DNA from: an uncultured bacterium
Lineage (GTDB): Bacteria; Bipolaricaulota; Bipolaricaulia; UBA7950; UBA9294
DNA: 36,725 nucleotides
Assembly: GCA_903839615.1 (NCBI GenBank)
Contig: CAIMCX010000021.1
Location: 1 to 36,725 of the forward strand
Direction: 5' to 3'
Shown here: positions 1-10,671 of the stretch, one piece after another
How positions within the stretch are numbered: position 1 is the stretch's first letter
How the letters are laid out: the number at the start of each line of letters is the position of its first letter
Notes under the pieces: model-generated
Seen by the model: only the letters and a program-made list of their open reading frames with translations
The model's database searches: none
What the model was told of the DNA's origin: nothing
Position numbers and translations under genes: made by a program

Positions 1-1050
1 CGCGCCGGACTCGCACCTTCTTCTTTGACCCGGCTGGTACGCGACCTCTTGGGTGAGGGAGTGGTGGTCGAGATCGGCAAGTCCGGATCGAGCGGAGGCC
101 GGCCCGCTGTTCTCGTCGCACTCGACCCGGACTACGCCCGTGCGATTGGAATCAAGGTCGAAGCTCGCCGGATCCTCGCAGCCAGTGTCGATATGAGCGG
201 CGCGATCGTCAGCCGTGCTGAGACGGCCTTCGACCACTCGCCGACTCCGGACGAAGCCATCGAGGCCATCGCCCGCCTCACCGAACAGCTCCAGGCAGGC
301 AAGACACTGGGCGTCGGCGTTTCGATCTCGGGCTTTGTCGATCCCATCACCGGCGCCGACCTGTATTCCCCGATTCTCGGGTGGGAGCAGGTTCCGCTTC
401 GCGAGTCGCTCTCGGACCGAGTCGGCCTCCCGGTGTGGGTGGAGAACGACGTCAACGCACTTGCGTTGGCCGAGCTGTGGTACGGCGCGGGTCGCCGCTT
501 TCAGCATTTCGTCTGCATCACCGTCGGAGAAGGGATCGGCGCCGGCGTGGTCATCCACGGCGAGATCTACCGCGGGGCGTTCGGCGGCGCAGGCGAGCTG
601 GGTCACATGACGATCGATCCCGACGGCCCGGTATGCCGGTGCCAGGAGCGGGGCTGTCTGGAAGTCTATGCTTCCGACCGGTTCCTGTCGGAGGAAGCCG
701 GTCGGCTGGGATTCACGAGCATCGCCGACATGGCAAGGGCAGCGCGTGATGGTGGCAACGGCGCGCGCGAGGCGTTCGCCCGTATGGGCCGGTTCCTCGG
801 ACTCGGTGCGAAGAACCTGGTGAACTTGCTCAACCCGGAAGCCATCTTGCTTGGTGGAGAGCGCATGGACGAGTCCGACCTCTTTCTCCCGGCGCTTGAG
901 GAGGAGGTCCGCCGCCACTCGTTCCCCGCTGAAGCGGAGAAGCTCTCCATCGTATACGCGGAACTCGGCGCGGACGGATTCCTCATTGGACCCGCCACGC
1001 TCGTCGCAGCGGATTTCTTCCGTGTTCCGGCGCGAGGAGGATGGGGATGA
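1..1050 (+). CDS. ROK family transcriptional regulator (5'-truncated by window edge)
   Basis: Frame is open from base 1 (RAGLAPSSLTRLVRDLL, HTH), followed by GGRP, ENDVNA, GEGIGAG, GAGELGH and the CRCQERGCLE zinc motif. Confidence 0.92.
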   Translation, partial: RAGLAPSSLTRLVRDLLGEGVVVEIGKSGSSGGRPAVLVALDPDYARAIGIKVEARRILAASVDMSGAIVSRAETAFDHSPTPDEAIEAIARLTEQLQAGKTLGVGVSISGFVDPITGADLYSPILGWEQVPLRESLSDRVGLPVWVENDVNALALAELWYGAGRRFQHFVCITVGEGIGAGVVIHGEIYRGAFGGAGELGHMTIDPDGPVCRCQERGCLEVYASDRFLSEEAGRLGFTSIADMARAARDGGNGAREAFARMGRFLGLGAKNLVNLLNPEAILLGGERMDESDLFLPALEEEVRRHSFPAEAEKLSIVYAELGADGFLIGPATLVAADFFRVPARGGWG

Positions 1051-1424
1051 GTGCGCGAGTCGAGCTTGACGGAAACGGGGACCTGTCGATTCGCAGCAGT
1101 GACACGGTGTTCGTGACAGGTTTCCGCGTGCGGCTCGGACGAGGAGAGGCGGCAAGCGACGGAGAGGCCCTGCGGCGCGAGCATCCCGCTCTCCGCACCG
1201 GCTCCTTGGTGCCGGTATCCGCTGCAGACGGGCTCGTTGTTTTCCGCCGCGAGCTCGCGGGCGAACGCATCCTCGTGGCGCTGAACGCGGACAGGCAGCA
1301 TGCGGCCTCCGTCCCTCTCGGGAACAGAGGCCGCTCCGCGGATGCGTTCTCCGATGAACCACTGACCGCCACGCTCGTGGTCCCACCGCTCGACGCCCGC
1401 GTGGCCATCGAGCGCACGTCCTAG
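1047..1424 (+). pseudogene. 125-aa ORF carrying only a GH13/alpha-amylase-like C-terminal beta domain (probable internally deleted glycosidase)
   Basis: ATGA overlap with the ROK stop. ALRREHPALRTGS...LVVFRRELAGERILVALN resembles the C-terminus of GH13 enzymes; no catalytic barrel is present. Confidence 0.5.
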
Positions 1425-1450
1425 CCCCTCGGCGCCGGCAGCCGCTCTGC

Positions 1451-2875
1451 CTAGCGCCCGAGCTTGCGGTACAGGTCGCGGTAGGCCTTCGCCGAGTTCT
1501 CCCAGGAGAGATCTTGATCCATGCCCTTCATCACGATGTCTCGCCAGCCGCGCGGGTCGTCTCGGTGCAGCGTGACAGCGCGAGCGAGCGCTCCGAGCAT
1601 CTCGTCGGCGGTGTAGGCCTCGAAGGAAAAGCCGTTGCCCCGGCGCTTGTCGCTCCCAACGTCCACGATCGTGTCGCGCAGCCCTCCGGTCGCTCTTACG
1701 ACCGGCACCGTCCCGTACGCGAGGGAGTACTGCTGGTTCAGACCGCAGGGCTCGAAGCGCGACGGCATGAGGAAGATGTCCGACGCGGCCTCGATCCGAT
1801 GGGCCCATTCCTCGGAGAACGTGATGAGCGCAGCGACACGCCCGCGGTAGCGCTCGGCGGCTTCGCGGAAGAACCGCTCGTACTCCGGAGCACCGCTACC
1901 GAGGACGACAAACTGGATCCCGAGATCAAGCAGACGGTCGAACGCCGGCATGATCAGATCGAAGCCCTTCTGCTCGGCGAGCCGCGAGATCGTCCCGACA
2001 AGGGGCGCGCGGCTATCTACCGTCAGCCCGAGCTCCTTCTGCAAGAGTTCCTTGTTCCGCGCCTTTCCGGCCAGGTTCTTCCTCGTGTACGTCGCCCAGA
2101 GGAGAGGGTCGGCGGCGGGGTTCCACACCGTCGTGTCGATCCCATTCAGGACGCCGTACAACGCGTTGGCGCGGCTTCGCAATTCCGCCTCCAGGCCGTC
2201 CCCGTGTTCGAGGATCTCCTTGGCGTAGGTCGGCGACACAGTATTGACTAGGTCCGCAGTGAGGATGCCGCCGCGCAGCAGGTTCACCTGGTCCCCCCGC
2301 AGATAGGGTTCAAGGTCGGCTCCCGTAAGCCCGATCGTATCGGCCTGCGCGCGAGAAAAGGCTCCTTGATAAGCAAGGTTGTGGATCGTGAGCACGGTCT
2401 TCGCCCCCTTCGATCGCGCGAGACCAAGGGACTTCACGTACGCCGGGAGAAGCGCCGTGTGCCAGTCGTTGGCATGAACGATATCCGGCGACCAGCCGAG
2501 CGCTTCGCAGAGCTCGAGTGCGCCGCGCGACAGGAAGGTGAACCGCTCGAGAGCATCGGGATACTCGCTCACCTCCCCGTAGATGGCTGAGCGATCGAAG
2601 TACGCATCGTTCCCAAGGAAGTAGATCGGCACCTTGCTCTCAGGAAGCGTCCCGCGGAACGCGATGCAATCCTTGGCCTGTCCTGAGACCGGAACCGTGA
2701 ACCGCGCCGCTTCTCGCAGCTCGGCCTTCGCGGCCACGGAGCGGTGCTTTGGCATGACAACAAGAACATCGGCGCCCAGCGACGCGAGCGCCCTCGGAAG
2801 CCCAAGAGCTACATCCGCCAGTCCGCCCGTCTTGGCGAACGGAGCGACCTCGGCGGCGACAAACAGAATTCGCAT
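1451..2875 (-). CDS. glgA: Glycogen synthase (GT5)
   Basis: MRILFVAAEVAPFAKTGGLADV, HANDWHT, TIHNLAYQG, SRLAEQKG and PSRFEPCGL motifs; GGAGGTG RBS before ATG 2875. Confidence 0.96.
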   Translation of the reverse strand: MRILFVAAEVAPFAKTGGLADVALGLPRALASLGADVLVVMPKHRSVAAKAELREAARFTVPVSGQAKDCIAFRGTLPESKVPIYFLGNDAYFDRSAIYGEVSEYPDALERFTFLSRGALELCEALGWSPDIVHANDWHTALLPAYVKSLGLARSKGAKTVLTIHNLAYQGAFSRAQADTIGLTGADLEPYLRGDQVNLLRGGILTADLVNTVSPTYAKEILEHGDGLEAELRSRANALYGVLNGIDTTVWNPAADPLLWATYTRKNLAGKARNKELLQKELGLTVDSRAPLVGTISRLAEQKGFDLIMPAFDRLLDLGIQFVVLGSGAPEYERFFREAAERYRGRVAALITFSEEWAHRIEAASDIFLMPSRFEPCGLNQQYSLAYGTVPVVRATGGLRDTIVDVGSDKRRGNGFSFEAYTADEMLGALARAVTLHRDDPRGWRDIVMKGMDQDLSWENSAKAYRDLYRKLGR

Positions 2876-3000
2876 TTCTTCACCTCCAGAAGAAAGTATC
2901 GATGGAATGCGGCATTCGGTCAACCGGTCTACGTCGGCGGGAGCAGCGCGCCTCGCGGGAGTACAATACAGGGGTACGATTCGGAGACGAAGGGACGACC

Positions 3001-4038
3001 ATGCCAGAGCTACGACGCGGACCGACAAGCAACCGATGGGTCATCGTGGCGCCGGAGCGCGCCAAGAGGCCGACCGACTTCGAGCGCAAACCGGACCCGA
3101 GTGCGATCGACGAGAAGCCGGCGAATTGCCCGTTCTGCGCCGGCAACGAGGCGATGACTCCGCCTGAGATTTACCGGATCCACGACGGGGCGGGATGGCG
3201 CGTTCGCGTCGTGCCAAACAAGTTCCCCGCGCTGCAGGTCTATCAGGAGCTGGGACGCGAGGCCGTCCTCGGCGTCTTCGACCGGATGCGCGGCGTCGGT
3301 GCGCACGAGATCGTGATTGAGACACCGGAGCACGTCCGCGACCTCGCCGACATGAGCGAGGAGCAGGTCAAGCTCGTCATCGACACTTACATCGCGCGGC
3401 TGCAGGACCTCATGAAGAACCCATGGTTTCGATACATCCTCTTGTTCAAGAACCATGGCAAGGAGGCGGGTGCCTCGCTCTCCCACCCTCACTCCCAGAT
3501 TATCGCCACGCCGATCGTGCCCCAGGAAGTCCGCAATTCACTCATGACGGCGCGCACGTACTACGAGAAGAAGGAGCGCTGTCTCTACTGCGACGTGATG
3601 CTCGAGGAAATTCGCAGCGGCGAGCGCGTCGTCGAAGAAGTGGACGGCCACGTCGTGTGGGCGCCGTACGATTCCCGTTTCCCGTTTGAGCTCGTCGTCT
3701 ACCCCAAGCAACACTCGCACGATTTCACGTCGCTGTCCACGGAGCAGCGCTACGGCCTCGCGCGCACGCTCATCCGCACGCTCGGGCGCCTGAGAGCCCT
3801 TCTCGGAGACGTGCCATACAACTTCGTCCTGAAGACGACGCCAAACCCGGTGCCACGCCCCGGTCGTCCGGGGTACTGGTCCACCTTGCCGTACGACTAC
3901 CACTGGCGCATCGCCATCTTGCCACGTCTGACCCAGGTGGCCGGATTTGAGTGGGGAACGGGCTTCTACATCAACCCGATGCCGCCCGAGAGTGCCGCCA
4001 AGCACCTGCGGGACGTCAAGCTCGAGACCCCTTCCTAG
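3001..4038 (+). CDS. galT: Galactose-1-phosphate uridylyltransferase / GalT-like nucleotidyltransferase
   Basis: WVIVAPERAKRP, CPFCAGNE, VPNKFPAL, GASLSHPHSQI (HxHxQ) and AGFEWGTG. Confidence 0.9.
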   Translation: MPELRRGPTSNRWVIVAPERAKRPTDFERKPDPSAIDEKPANCPFCAGNEAMTPPEIYRIHDGAGWRVRVVPNKFPALQVYQELGREAVLGVFDRMRGVGAHEIVIETPEHVRDLADMSEEQVKLVIDTYIARLQDLMKNPWFRYILLFKNHGKEAGASLSHPHSQIIATPIVPQEVRNSLMTARTYYEKKERCLYCDVMLEEIRSGERVVEEVDGHVVWAPYDSRFPFELVVYPKQHSHDFTSLSTEQRYGLARTLIRTLGRLRALLGDVPYNFVLKTTPNPVPRPGRPGYWSTLPYDYHWRIAILPRLTQVAGFEWGTGFYINPMPPESAAKHLRDVKLETPS

Positions 4039-4075
4039 TTCGCACGAGACGCGCCGTTCGACCCGTCCTCTCGGA

Positions 4076-5098
4076 CTAGCGCTTCGCAGTGCTCGAATCG
4101 CTCTCGCCGGACGGATTCGCGTGGCCGCCGCTGCTCCCCTGCGCCAGAAGCTCGCCGGCGATCCACTTGATCTTCTCTTGCACGAGCTTCCCGGCAACAC
4201 GGGGGTCGAACAGCTTCTTGTCCGGACTCCAGTCACTCTTCGAGAAGAGGTCGACAATGTCGTCCTCGACCCCATCCGGCGGCATGATCGCGCGCGAATT
4301 CTTGAGGTAGAACTCGCACGCGGCTCGGCTGTACACGTATTGGTAGTGCGTGTCCTTGTTCAGCTTGCAGACTCCGTAGCGAATCGCGTCCCTCACCTGC
4401 CCCGGGAGGAGGCCGGACGAGCCGTGGAGGACGAGCGGGGTGTCGAGGCCGGCCTCATGGAGCTTCGCCTGGATCGCCTTCGCCAGGTCCACGCGCAGCT
4501 CGATCTTCCGCCCCTTCGAGACGCCGTGTTCCGTCCCGATCGCGATCGCGAGGAGATCCGCGCCGGATGCGCGGACGAACTCCACCGCCTCATCCGGATG
4601 AGTGTAGAACGCTTCGTCCGACGAGATTTCGTCTTCTACGCCGCGGATCTTGCCGAGCTCAGCCTCGACGAGGATGCCGCTCCCTTTGGCCATTCGGACG
4701 ACCTCCGCGCTCGCACGGATGTTCGCCTCGAACGACTCCGCCGACGCATCGATCATGATCGACGACACGAGACGCTCTCGAATCGCGACGTCCATAAGCG
4801 CTAGCTCCTGCGTCGTGAAGTGGTCGAGGTTGATGAAGACGCCGATCGGGCGGTTCACCGCAAGGACACTGATGAGTCCCGACAGGGCGCGCAACCCAGC
4901 CAGCTTGTCTCCGCCTCCGGCATACTTCGCCGCTCCGGGGCTGATCTGAACGACCAGATCCGACTTCGCTTCCGTGTAGGCGTCGAGAAGGCCGAGAAGT
5001 GTGTTCGGCTCGGCGATGTTGTTTGCCATGTAGGCGTACCCGCCGCGCTGGGCTCTTCGGTACGCCTCTTTCAGAGCGCTTCCTCCAAGGAACGGCAT
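4076..5098 (-). CDS. fba: Class II fructose-bisphosphate aldolase
   Basis: NLDH, SIMIDAS, EAELG, GTEHG, LVLHGSSG, KLNKDT and FDPR motifs; GGAGGT RBS before ATG 5098. Confidence 0.92.
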   Translation of the reverse strand: MPFLGGSALKEAYRRAQRGGYAYMANNIAEPNTLLGLLDAYTEAKSDLVVQISPGAAKYAGGGDKLAGLRALSGLISVLAVNRPIGVFINLDHFTTQELALMDVAIRERLVSSIMIDASAESFEANIRASAEVVRMAKGSGILVEAELGKIRGVEDEISSDEAFYTHPDEAVEFVRASGADLLAIAIGTEHGVSKGRKIELRVDLAKAIQAKLHEAGLDTPLVLHGSSGLLPGQVRDAIRYGVCKLNKDTHYQYVYSRAACEFYLKNSRAIMPPDGVEDDIVDLFSKSDWSPDKKLFDPRVAGKLVQEKIKWIAGELLAQGSSGGHANPSGESDSSTAKR

Positions 5099-5140
5099 GG
5101 TCGAGGCACCTCCCAAGGTCACCTGTGCAGAGACGCGGGT

Positions 5141-5168
5141 AGTCTACTCTCTGCGGAAGACCGATCAA
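5141..5168 (-). promoter_or_regulatory. Putative sigma70 promoter of fba (TTGATC-16-TAGACT)
   Basis: Near-consensus hexamers in the divergent fba/tkt gap. Confidence 0.5.
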
Positions 5169-5265
5169 ACCGGCCTTCCTTGACAACCTGAACTGTGGTG
5201 AGGAAAGTGTCGCCGCAAGCGTCTCATGCAGTTCGGGCGAGGCGCCAAGGGATCTGGGGGAGATC

Positions 5266-7320
5266 ATGGAGAAGCGGGAGACGATCGACACTCGGTGCGT
5301 CAACGCGTTGCGATTCCTGGCCGTTGACGCCGTGGAGGCGGCCAATTCGGGTCACCCTGGGCTGCCTCTCGGCGCCGCGCCGATGGCGCACGTCCTCTGG
5401 TCGCGCTATCTGCGCCATGATCCACGGGACCCGCGCTGGCCGGACCGCGACCGATTCGTCCTCTCCGCCGGTCACGGATCGGCTCTCCTCTACGCCCTCC
5501 TTCACCTCCACGGGTATGACCTTCCGCTTGCGGAGCTGCGCGCATTCAGGCAGTGGGGAAGCCGCGCGCCCGGCCATCCAGAGAGCCACCTCACCCCCGG
5601 CGTGGAGGTGACGACCGGACCTCTCGGGCAAGGGATCGCTAACGCCGTCGGTCTCGCCATCGCCGAGCGACACCTAGCCGGCATCTTCAATCGGCCCGGG
5701 AACGAGATCGTCGATCACCGCACGTTCGTCCTCGCCGGAGACGGCGACTTCATGGAAGGCATCTCCTACGAGGCGTGCGCGTTGGCCGGCCATCTGCGTC
5801 TCGGCAGACTGATCGTTCTCTACGACTCGAACGGCATCTGCCTCGCGGGCACGACGTCCCTCTCGACGTCCGAGGACGTCGCCGGGCGCTTCGCTGCCGC
5901 CGGGTGGACGGTTGAGACCGTCCGCGATGGGAACGATCTCGGCGCCATCGACGCTGCGCTCCGCTCCGCCGTGGCCGCAGAGGATCGGCCCCACCTCATC
6001 GTGGTGAAAACCATCATCGGGTACGGCGCGCCGACGCGGCAGAACACGTACGGCGCCCACGGAGCACCGCTCGGGAAAGACGAGGTCGCGGCAACGAAAC
6101 GGGCTCTCGGATGGCCGGAGACGCCGTCGTTCTTCGTTCCCGACGACGTGCGGACGCGGTTCGGCGAGATCGCAAGAGAGGCCGCAGCCGCCCACAGCGC
6201 GTGGCAGGAGCGTTTCGATGCCTATCGGACTGCCTACCCCGACCTCGCGATCGAATTCGAGCGCCGCATGAACGGACTCCTTCCCAAAGGGTGGGACCGG
6301 GACCTGCCGCAGTTCGACGCCGATCCGAAGGGAATCGCTACCCGCAAGGCATCGGAGACGATCCTGCAATCGATCACAAAGGCTCTGCCGGAAACGATGG
6401 GAGGCTCAGCCGACCTCAATCCCTCGACTCTCACGTGGCTCAAGCATGAGGGGGATTTCGAGCATCCGGGGACTCGCCCCATCCAGGTTCAGGGGACTCT
6501 CGGCGAGGCGTGGGACTACACCGGACGAAATATCCATTTCGGAGTCCGCGAGCACGCCATGGGGGCCATCGTCAACGGCCTCGCCGCACACGGTGGAACG
6601 ATCCCGTATGCTTCCACGTTCCTCGTCTTCTCCGACTACCTCCGCCCGGCGATTCGCGTCGCCGCACTGGCTCACTACCGCTCGATCTTCGTCTTCAGCC
6701 ACGACTCGATCGGCGTCGGCGAGGACGGGCCGACGCACCAGCCCGTGGAGCAGATCGCCAGCCTTCGCCTCATTCCGAATCTCGTCGTGCTGCGACCTGC
6801 CGATGCCAACGAGACTGCTGAGGCGTGGCGCACGGCCGTCGAGAGGGCGGACGGCCCGTCCGTCCTCGTCTTGTCGCGGCAGGCGGTTCCAACGTTTGAC
6901 CGGACGGGAGTCGCATCCGCAGACGGGGTTCGGCGCGGCGCGTACGTCTTATGGGATTCGGCTCCGACGCCCGAACTCATTCTCCTTGCGACGGGCTCCG
7001 AGGTCGCGCTGGCGTTCGACGCCGCGCGACACCTAGCGGGAGATGGAATTCGCGTCCGCGTCGTCTCCATGCCAAGCTGGGAGCTGTTCGACGCGCAGCC
7101 GGCGGCCTATCGGACAAGCGTGCTTCCCGAGGAGGTTTCAGCGCGCGTGTCGGTCGAAGCAGGCCGCACGACGGGCTGGGAGCGTTACGTCGGAGCGCAC
7201 GGCGTCTCGATCGGCGTCGACCGATTCGGGGCCTGCGGCCCCGGACCCGAGGTCTTCTCGCACCTCGGGATCACGGTCGAATCGATCGAGCAGCAAGCCC
7301 GAGAAGCGCTCAAGCGATAG
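5266..7320 (+). CDS. tkt: Transketolase
   Basis: [43 protein letters not shown] and GEDGPTHQP. Confidence 0.98.
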   Translation: MEKRETIDTRCVNALRFLAVDAVEAANSGHPGLPLGAAPMAHVLWSRYLRHDPRDPRWPDRDRFVLSAGHGSALLYALLHLHGYDLPLAELRAFRQWGSRAPGHPESHLTPGVEVTTGPLGQGIANAVGLAIAERHLAGIFNRPGNEIVDHRTFVLAGDGDFMEGISYEACALAGHLRLGRLIVLYDSNGICLAGTTSLSTSEDVAGRFAAAGWTVETVRDGNDLGAIDAALRSAVAAEDRPHLIVVKTIIGYGAPTRQNTYGAHGAPLGKDEVAATKRALGWPETPSFFVPDDVRTRFGEIAREAAAAHSAWQERFDAYRTAYPDLAIEFERRMNGLLPKGWDRDLPQFDADPKGIATRKASETILQSITKALPETMGGSADLNPSTLTWLKHEGDFEHPGTRPIQVQGTLGEAWDYTGRNIHFGVREHAMGAIVNGLAAHGGTIPYASTFLVFSDYLRPAIRVAALAHYRSIFVFSHDSIGVGEDGPTHQPVEQIASLRLIPNLVVLRPADANETAEAWRTAVERADGPSVLVLSRQAVPTFDRTGVASADGVRRGAYVLWDSAPTPELILLATGSEVALAFDAARHLAGDGIRVRVVSMPSWELFDAQPAAYRTSVLPEEVSARVSVEAGRTTGWERYVGAHGVSIGVDRFGACGPGPEVFSHLGITVESIEQQAREALKR

Positions 7321-7336
7321 AGCGCGGGAGGTCAGC

Positions 7337-8581
7337 TTGCTCCGCGAGTACGCAACCGCAATCCGCGCTTTCTCAAGAGACGCCCGCCTCTTCCTCGGGG
7401 CGTCGATCCTGTTCGGCTTCTGCACGGGGATTGTCTACGTCTTCTTCAACCTGTACGTGCTTTCGCTCGGTTACGACCAGGCATTCGTCGGCCTCCTCGC
7501 AAGCCTGCCTGCATTCACCACCGCGGCGGCCGCCGTGCCAGTCGGCCTTGTGCTTCCGCGCCTCGGATTCCGAAGAGCCCTCTTTCTCGGTCTCGCCGTG
7601 TATGCAGGCGCGCAGCTCGCTTGGGTTCTCTACCCGACTCGGCCCATTCTTATCCTCGCGTCGATTGTGTCAGGGCTCGGCAGCGTCCTCCTATCGGTCG
7701 TCTCCTCGCCGCTCATGACCGCCGTGAGCACGGAGGAGACGAGGACGCACTTGTTCGGCGTGCAGTTCGCGCTGAACACCTTCGCGTCCGTGGTCGCCAG
7801 TCTGGTCGCGGGCCAGCTCACACGCGCGTTCGGCGCCGGGATGGTCGGCACGAGCGCCGGATATCGCGGCATCCTCCTGGTCGCGACCGGCGTCTCCTTG
7901 TTCGGGCTCATCCCCATTCTGCGCCTTCGCGGAATGGCGCCGGCTGCGCCGGCCGAACGGCCTCCGCGCGGCCAATGGCGGCCATATCGAGCCCTCCTTG
8001 GGAAACTCCTTGTGATCCAGCTCATCGGATCGCTCGGAGCCGGGTTGACGATGCCGTTCCTGAACGTCTTCTTCCGCCTTCGTTTCCATGCATCTGACGC
8101 GACGCTCGGCCTCGTCTTTGGGATTTCCTCGTTTCTCACGGGCTGCGCCGGCTTCGTCGCGCCGTGGATTGCGACAAGGCTCGGCAAAGTGCACGCGATC
8201 GTGCTCACTCAGGCTCTGTCCATCCCACTCCTTCTCGCCATGGGTTTCGTCCCCGCATTTGGCGCGTCGGCAGGGACGTTCCTCATTCGCACCGCGCTCA
8301 TGAACATGAGCTCGCCCGTCTTCTCCGCATACTCCATGGGCATCGTCCCGAAAGGCGTTCGACCCCTCGCCGCCAGCTTGCTGATGCTCGCATGGAACGC
8401 CGGCTGGGCCATCTCGGCGTGGATCAGTGGGTACGTGCAAGTCTCTGCCGGATTCACGCCTCTCTTCGTCGCCACGGCCACGCTCTACACCGTGTCGATC
8501 GTCATGACGTACGTCGTGTTCCGCCGCGTCGGCGAGCTGTCGGAGATGGAGGGCAACGCAGCGCAGGCAAATGTCGCGTGA
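7337..8581 (+). CDS. MFS transporter
   Basis: TTG start after GGAGGT; about 12 hydrophobic helices; RLGFRR and RLGKVH loop motifs. Confidence 0.88.
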   Translation: MLREYATAIRAFSRDARLFLGASILFGFCTGIVYVFFNLYVLSLGYDQAFVGLLASLPAFTTAAAAVPVGLVLPRLGFRRALFLGLAVYAGAQLAWVLYPTRPILILASIVSGLGSVLLSVVSSPLMTAVSTEETRTHLFGVQFALNTFASVVASLVAGQLTRAFGAGMVGTSAGYRGILLVATGVSLFGLIPILRLRGMAPAAPAERPPRGQWRPYRALLGKLLVIQLIGSLGAGLTMPFLNVFFRLRFHASDATLGLVFGISSFLTGCAGFVAPWIATRLGKVHAIVLTQALSIPLLLAMGFVPAFGASAGTFLIRTALMNMSSPVFSAYSMGIVPKGVRPLAASLLMLAWNAGWAISAWISGYVQVSAGFTPLFVATATLYTVSIVMTYVVFRRVGELSEMEGNAAQANVA

Positions 8582-8604
8582 GCGGTCTCGTCTCTTCTAT
8601 CGGC

Positions 8605-9618
8605 TCAGCGCGCGACCGACGGCGCAGTCGCGTCCGCGGCCGGAGGCTCGGGGGCGTCGGTCGCCGGGGCGGGAGGAGCCGGGCGGAACCGCCCAATGGC
8701 TCGATAGCGTGCATAGCGCCGGGCGAGCCGCTCGTCGGTCGGCGCGGCTTCGAGTTCGGCCAGTCGACGAAGGATCTCGCCCTTGAGCGCGGCTTCGGTC
8801 TTGGCCGGATCCTTGTGGGCCCCGCCGAGCGGCTCGGGCACGATCCCGTCGATCAGCCCCAGGGTGAGCAATCGGTCAGCCGTCATCTGCAACGCGGCAG
8901 CCGCCTCCTTCGCCTTGTCCTTGTCTTTCCAGAGAATCGAAGCGGCGCCTTCCGGGGTGATCACCGAGAAGATGGCGTTCTCAAGCATGAGGATACAGTC
9001 GGCGAGACCGATCGCGAGCGCGCCTCCCGATCCTCCCTCACCGATGACGACAGCCACGGTCGGCACGCGGACGCCGGCCATGGCTTGGAGGCTTTCGGCG
9101 ATCGTCGCGCCGATGTTCTGTTCTTCCGCCTCGAGCCCGGGATACGCGCCGGGGGTGTCGATCAGCGAGATGAGGGGAAAGCCGAAGCGGTCGGCCAACT
9201 CAATGGCACGCCGCGCCTTGCGGAAGCCCTGCGGTCGCGGCATTCCGAAGAACCGCTCCTTGTTCTCCTCCGTCGTCCTCCCCTTCTGCTGGGCAAGGAT
9301 GACGACCGGGCGGCCGTCCAGTCGCGCGAGTCCGGTCAGGAGAGCCCGATCGTCTCCCGTCACGCGATCGCCTCGCAGCTCGTAGAACCCTTCGAAGACC
9401 GTCTCGAGGTAGTCGAGCGAGTAGGGTCGCTTCGGGTTTCGCGCCAGTTTCACTCGTTCCCAGTCGCTCAAGTTCGCGTAGAGCTTCTCTCGCAGATGCT
9501 GGAGTTTCTCTTCCAGGCGCGCGATCTCCTTCGAGAGGTCGATCCCTTCCACCGCGTTGAGCTGTCGCAGTTCCCCGATCTTCGCCTCGAGGAGATCCAG
9601 CGTCCGTTCGTCGGTCAT
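8605..9618 (-). CDS. accA: Acetyl-CoA carboxylase carboxyltransferase alpha subunit
   Basis: LARNPKRPY, GDRVTGDD, FGMPRPQGFRKA, DTPGAYPG and GEGGSGGAL. Confidence 0.97.
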   Translation of the reverse strand: MTDERTLDLLEAKIGELRQLNAVEGIDLSKEIARLEEKLQHLREKLYANLSDWERVKLARNPKRPYSLDYLETVFEGFYELRGDRVTGDDRALLTGLARLDGRPVVILAQQKGRTTEENKERFFGMPRPQGFRKARRAIELADRFGFPLISLIDTPGAYPGLEAEEQNIGATIAESLQAMAGVRVPTVAVVIGEGGSGGALAIGLADCILMLENAIFSVITPEGAASILWKDKDKAKEAAAALQMTADRLLTLGLIDGIVPEPLGGAHKDPAKTEAALKGEILRRLAELEAAPTDERLARRYARYRAIGRFRPAPPAPATDAPEPPAADATAPSVAR

Positions 9619-10457
9619 CGTGCCCCCGCGAAAAACCCGAGCGCCAGTGCCAGCTCGTCCCGCAGTTCCTCGCGGCGGACGACGCGGTCAATCTGTCCGC
9701 GCTCCAGAGCAAACGTCTCGGTCTGGAAGTGCTGCGGCAGCTCCTCGGAGATCGTCTGCTGAATCACCCGACGCCCGGCGAACCCGATCAGCGCGCCCTT
9801 TTCGGCAATGAGAATGTCACCGAGCGAGGCAATCGACGCCTGGACGCCTCCCGACGTCGGGTAGGTCATGACCGAGATGAATGGAAGCCCGGCGCTGGCG
9901 AGGCGGCGACGCACTGTGACCGTCTTCGCCATCTGGAGGAGTGAGAACACGCCCTCCTGAATCCGCGCCCCGCCGGACGACGACACGAGGACGAATGCGC
10001 GCCGCTCGGCGACGGCCGTCTCCATTGCTCGGCACACGTGCTCACCCATCACCGAACCCATGGTCCCGCCGATGAACCGAAAGTCCATCGCACCAAGCAC
10101 GACGGGGATTCCATGAATCGCGCCGCGCCCGATGAGGATAGCGTCCAGCAGGTCCGTCTTCTGTTGTGCTTCGCGCAGGCGATCGCTGTAGGGTTGGTTG
10201 TCCACGAAGCCGAGTGGGTCATCGGTGACGATCGGTTCGGTCAGGTTCTCGAACGAGCCGGGGTCGAGCAGCGAGTCGATCCGCTCCTGCGCCGTAAGGA
10301 AGAAGTACTCGCCGCAGTTGGGACAGACGTTGTTGTTCTCGCGAACCCTCCGCTTGAACACGAGCTCGCCGCAGGACTTGCACTTCATCCACAGGCTGTC
10401 GTCCGCCTCGCGATCAACGCGGATGCGCAGGTACTGGCGCTCTTTGAACAGCGACAT
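9615..10457 (-). CDS. accD: Acetyl-CoA carboxylase carboxyltransferase beta subunit
   Basis: LWMKCKSC...CPNC zinc finger, FIGGTMGS, SGGARIQEG and IGFAGRRVI; ATGA overlap with accA. Confidence 0.97.
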   Translation of the reverse strand: MSLFKERQYLRIRVDREADDSLWMKCKSCGELVFKRRVRENNNVCPNCGEYFFLTAQERIDSLLDPGSFENLTEPIVTDDPLGFVDNQPYSDRLREAQQKTDLLDAILIGRGAIHGIPVVLGAMDFRFIGGTMGSVMGEHVCRAMETAVAERRAFVLVSSSGGARIQEGVFSLLQMAKTVTVRRRLASAGLPFISVMTYPTSGGVQASIASLGDILIAEKGALIGFAGRRVIQQTISEELPQHFQTETFALERGQIDRVVRREELRDELALALGFFAGAR

Positions 10458-10671
10458 GTCACTCCCTCGTCTTCGCCGCGCCGTGGCGCGATCTTCCGAG
10501 ACTGCCTCGTGCGCTCTTGCGAGTCCCGTGAGTCACTCTCTAGACTAGGATACGTCCCCCCGCGCTGAAACTCGAACGGGGTTCGCCGGCCGCACTCCCC
10601 AGGCGTCCTGTCTCTCACCGCATGGAACGTCATGGAGCCCCGCGCTGGAATCGATCCCGTATGATGGGCCT

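Noticed and set aside
10458-10671. ncRNA or riboswitch in the accD/SLT intergenic region
   Set aside because: No recognisable conserved structure; the region is explained by divergent promoters.
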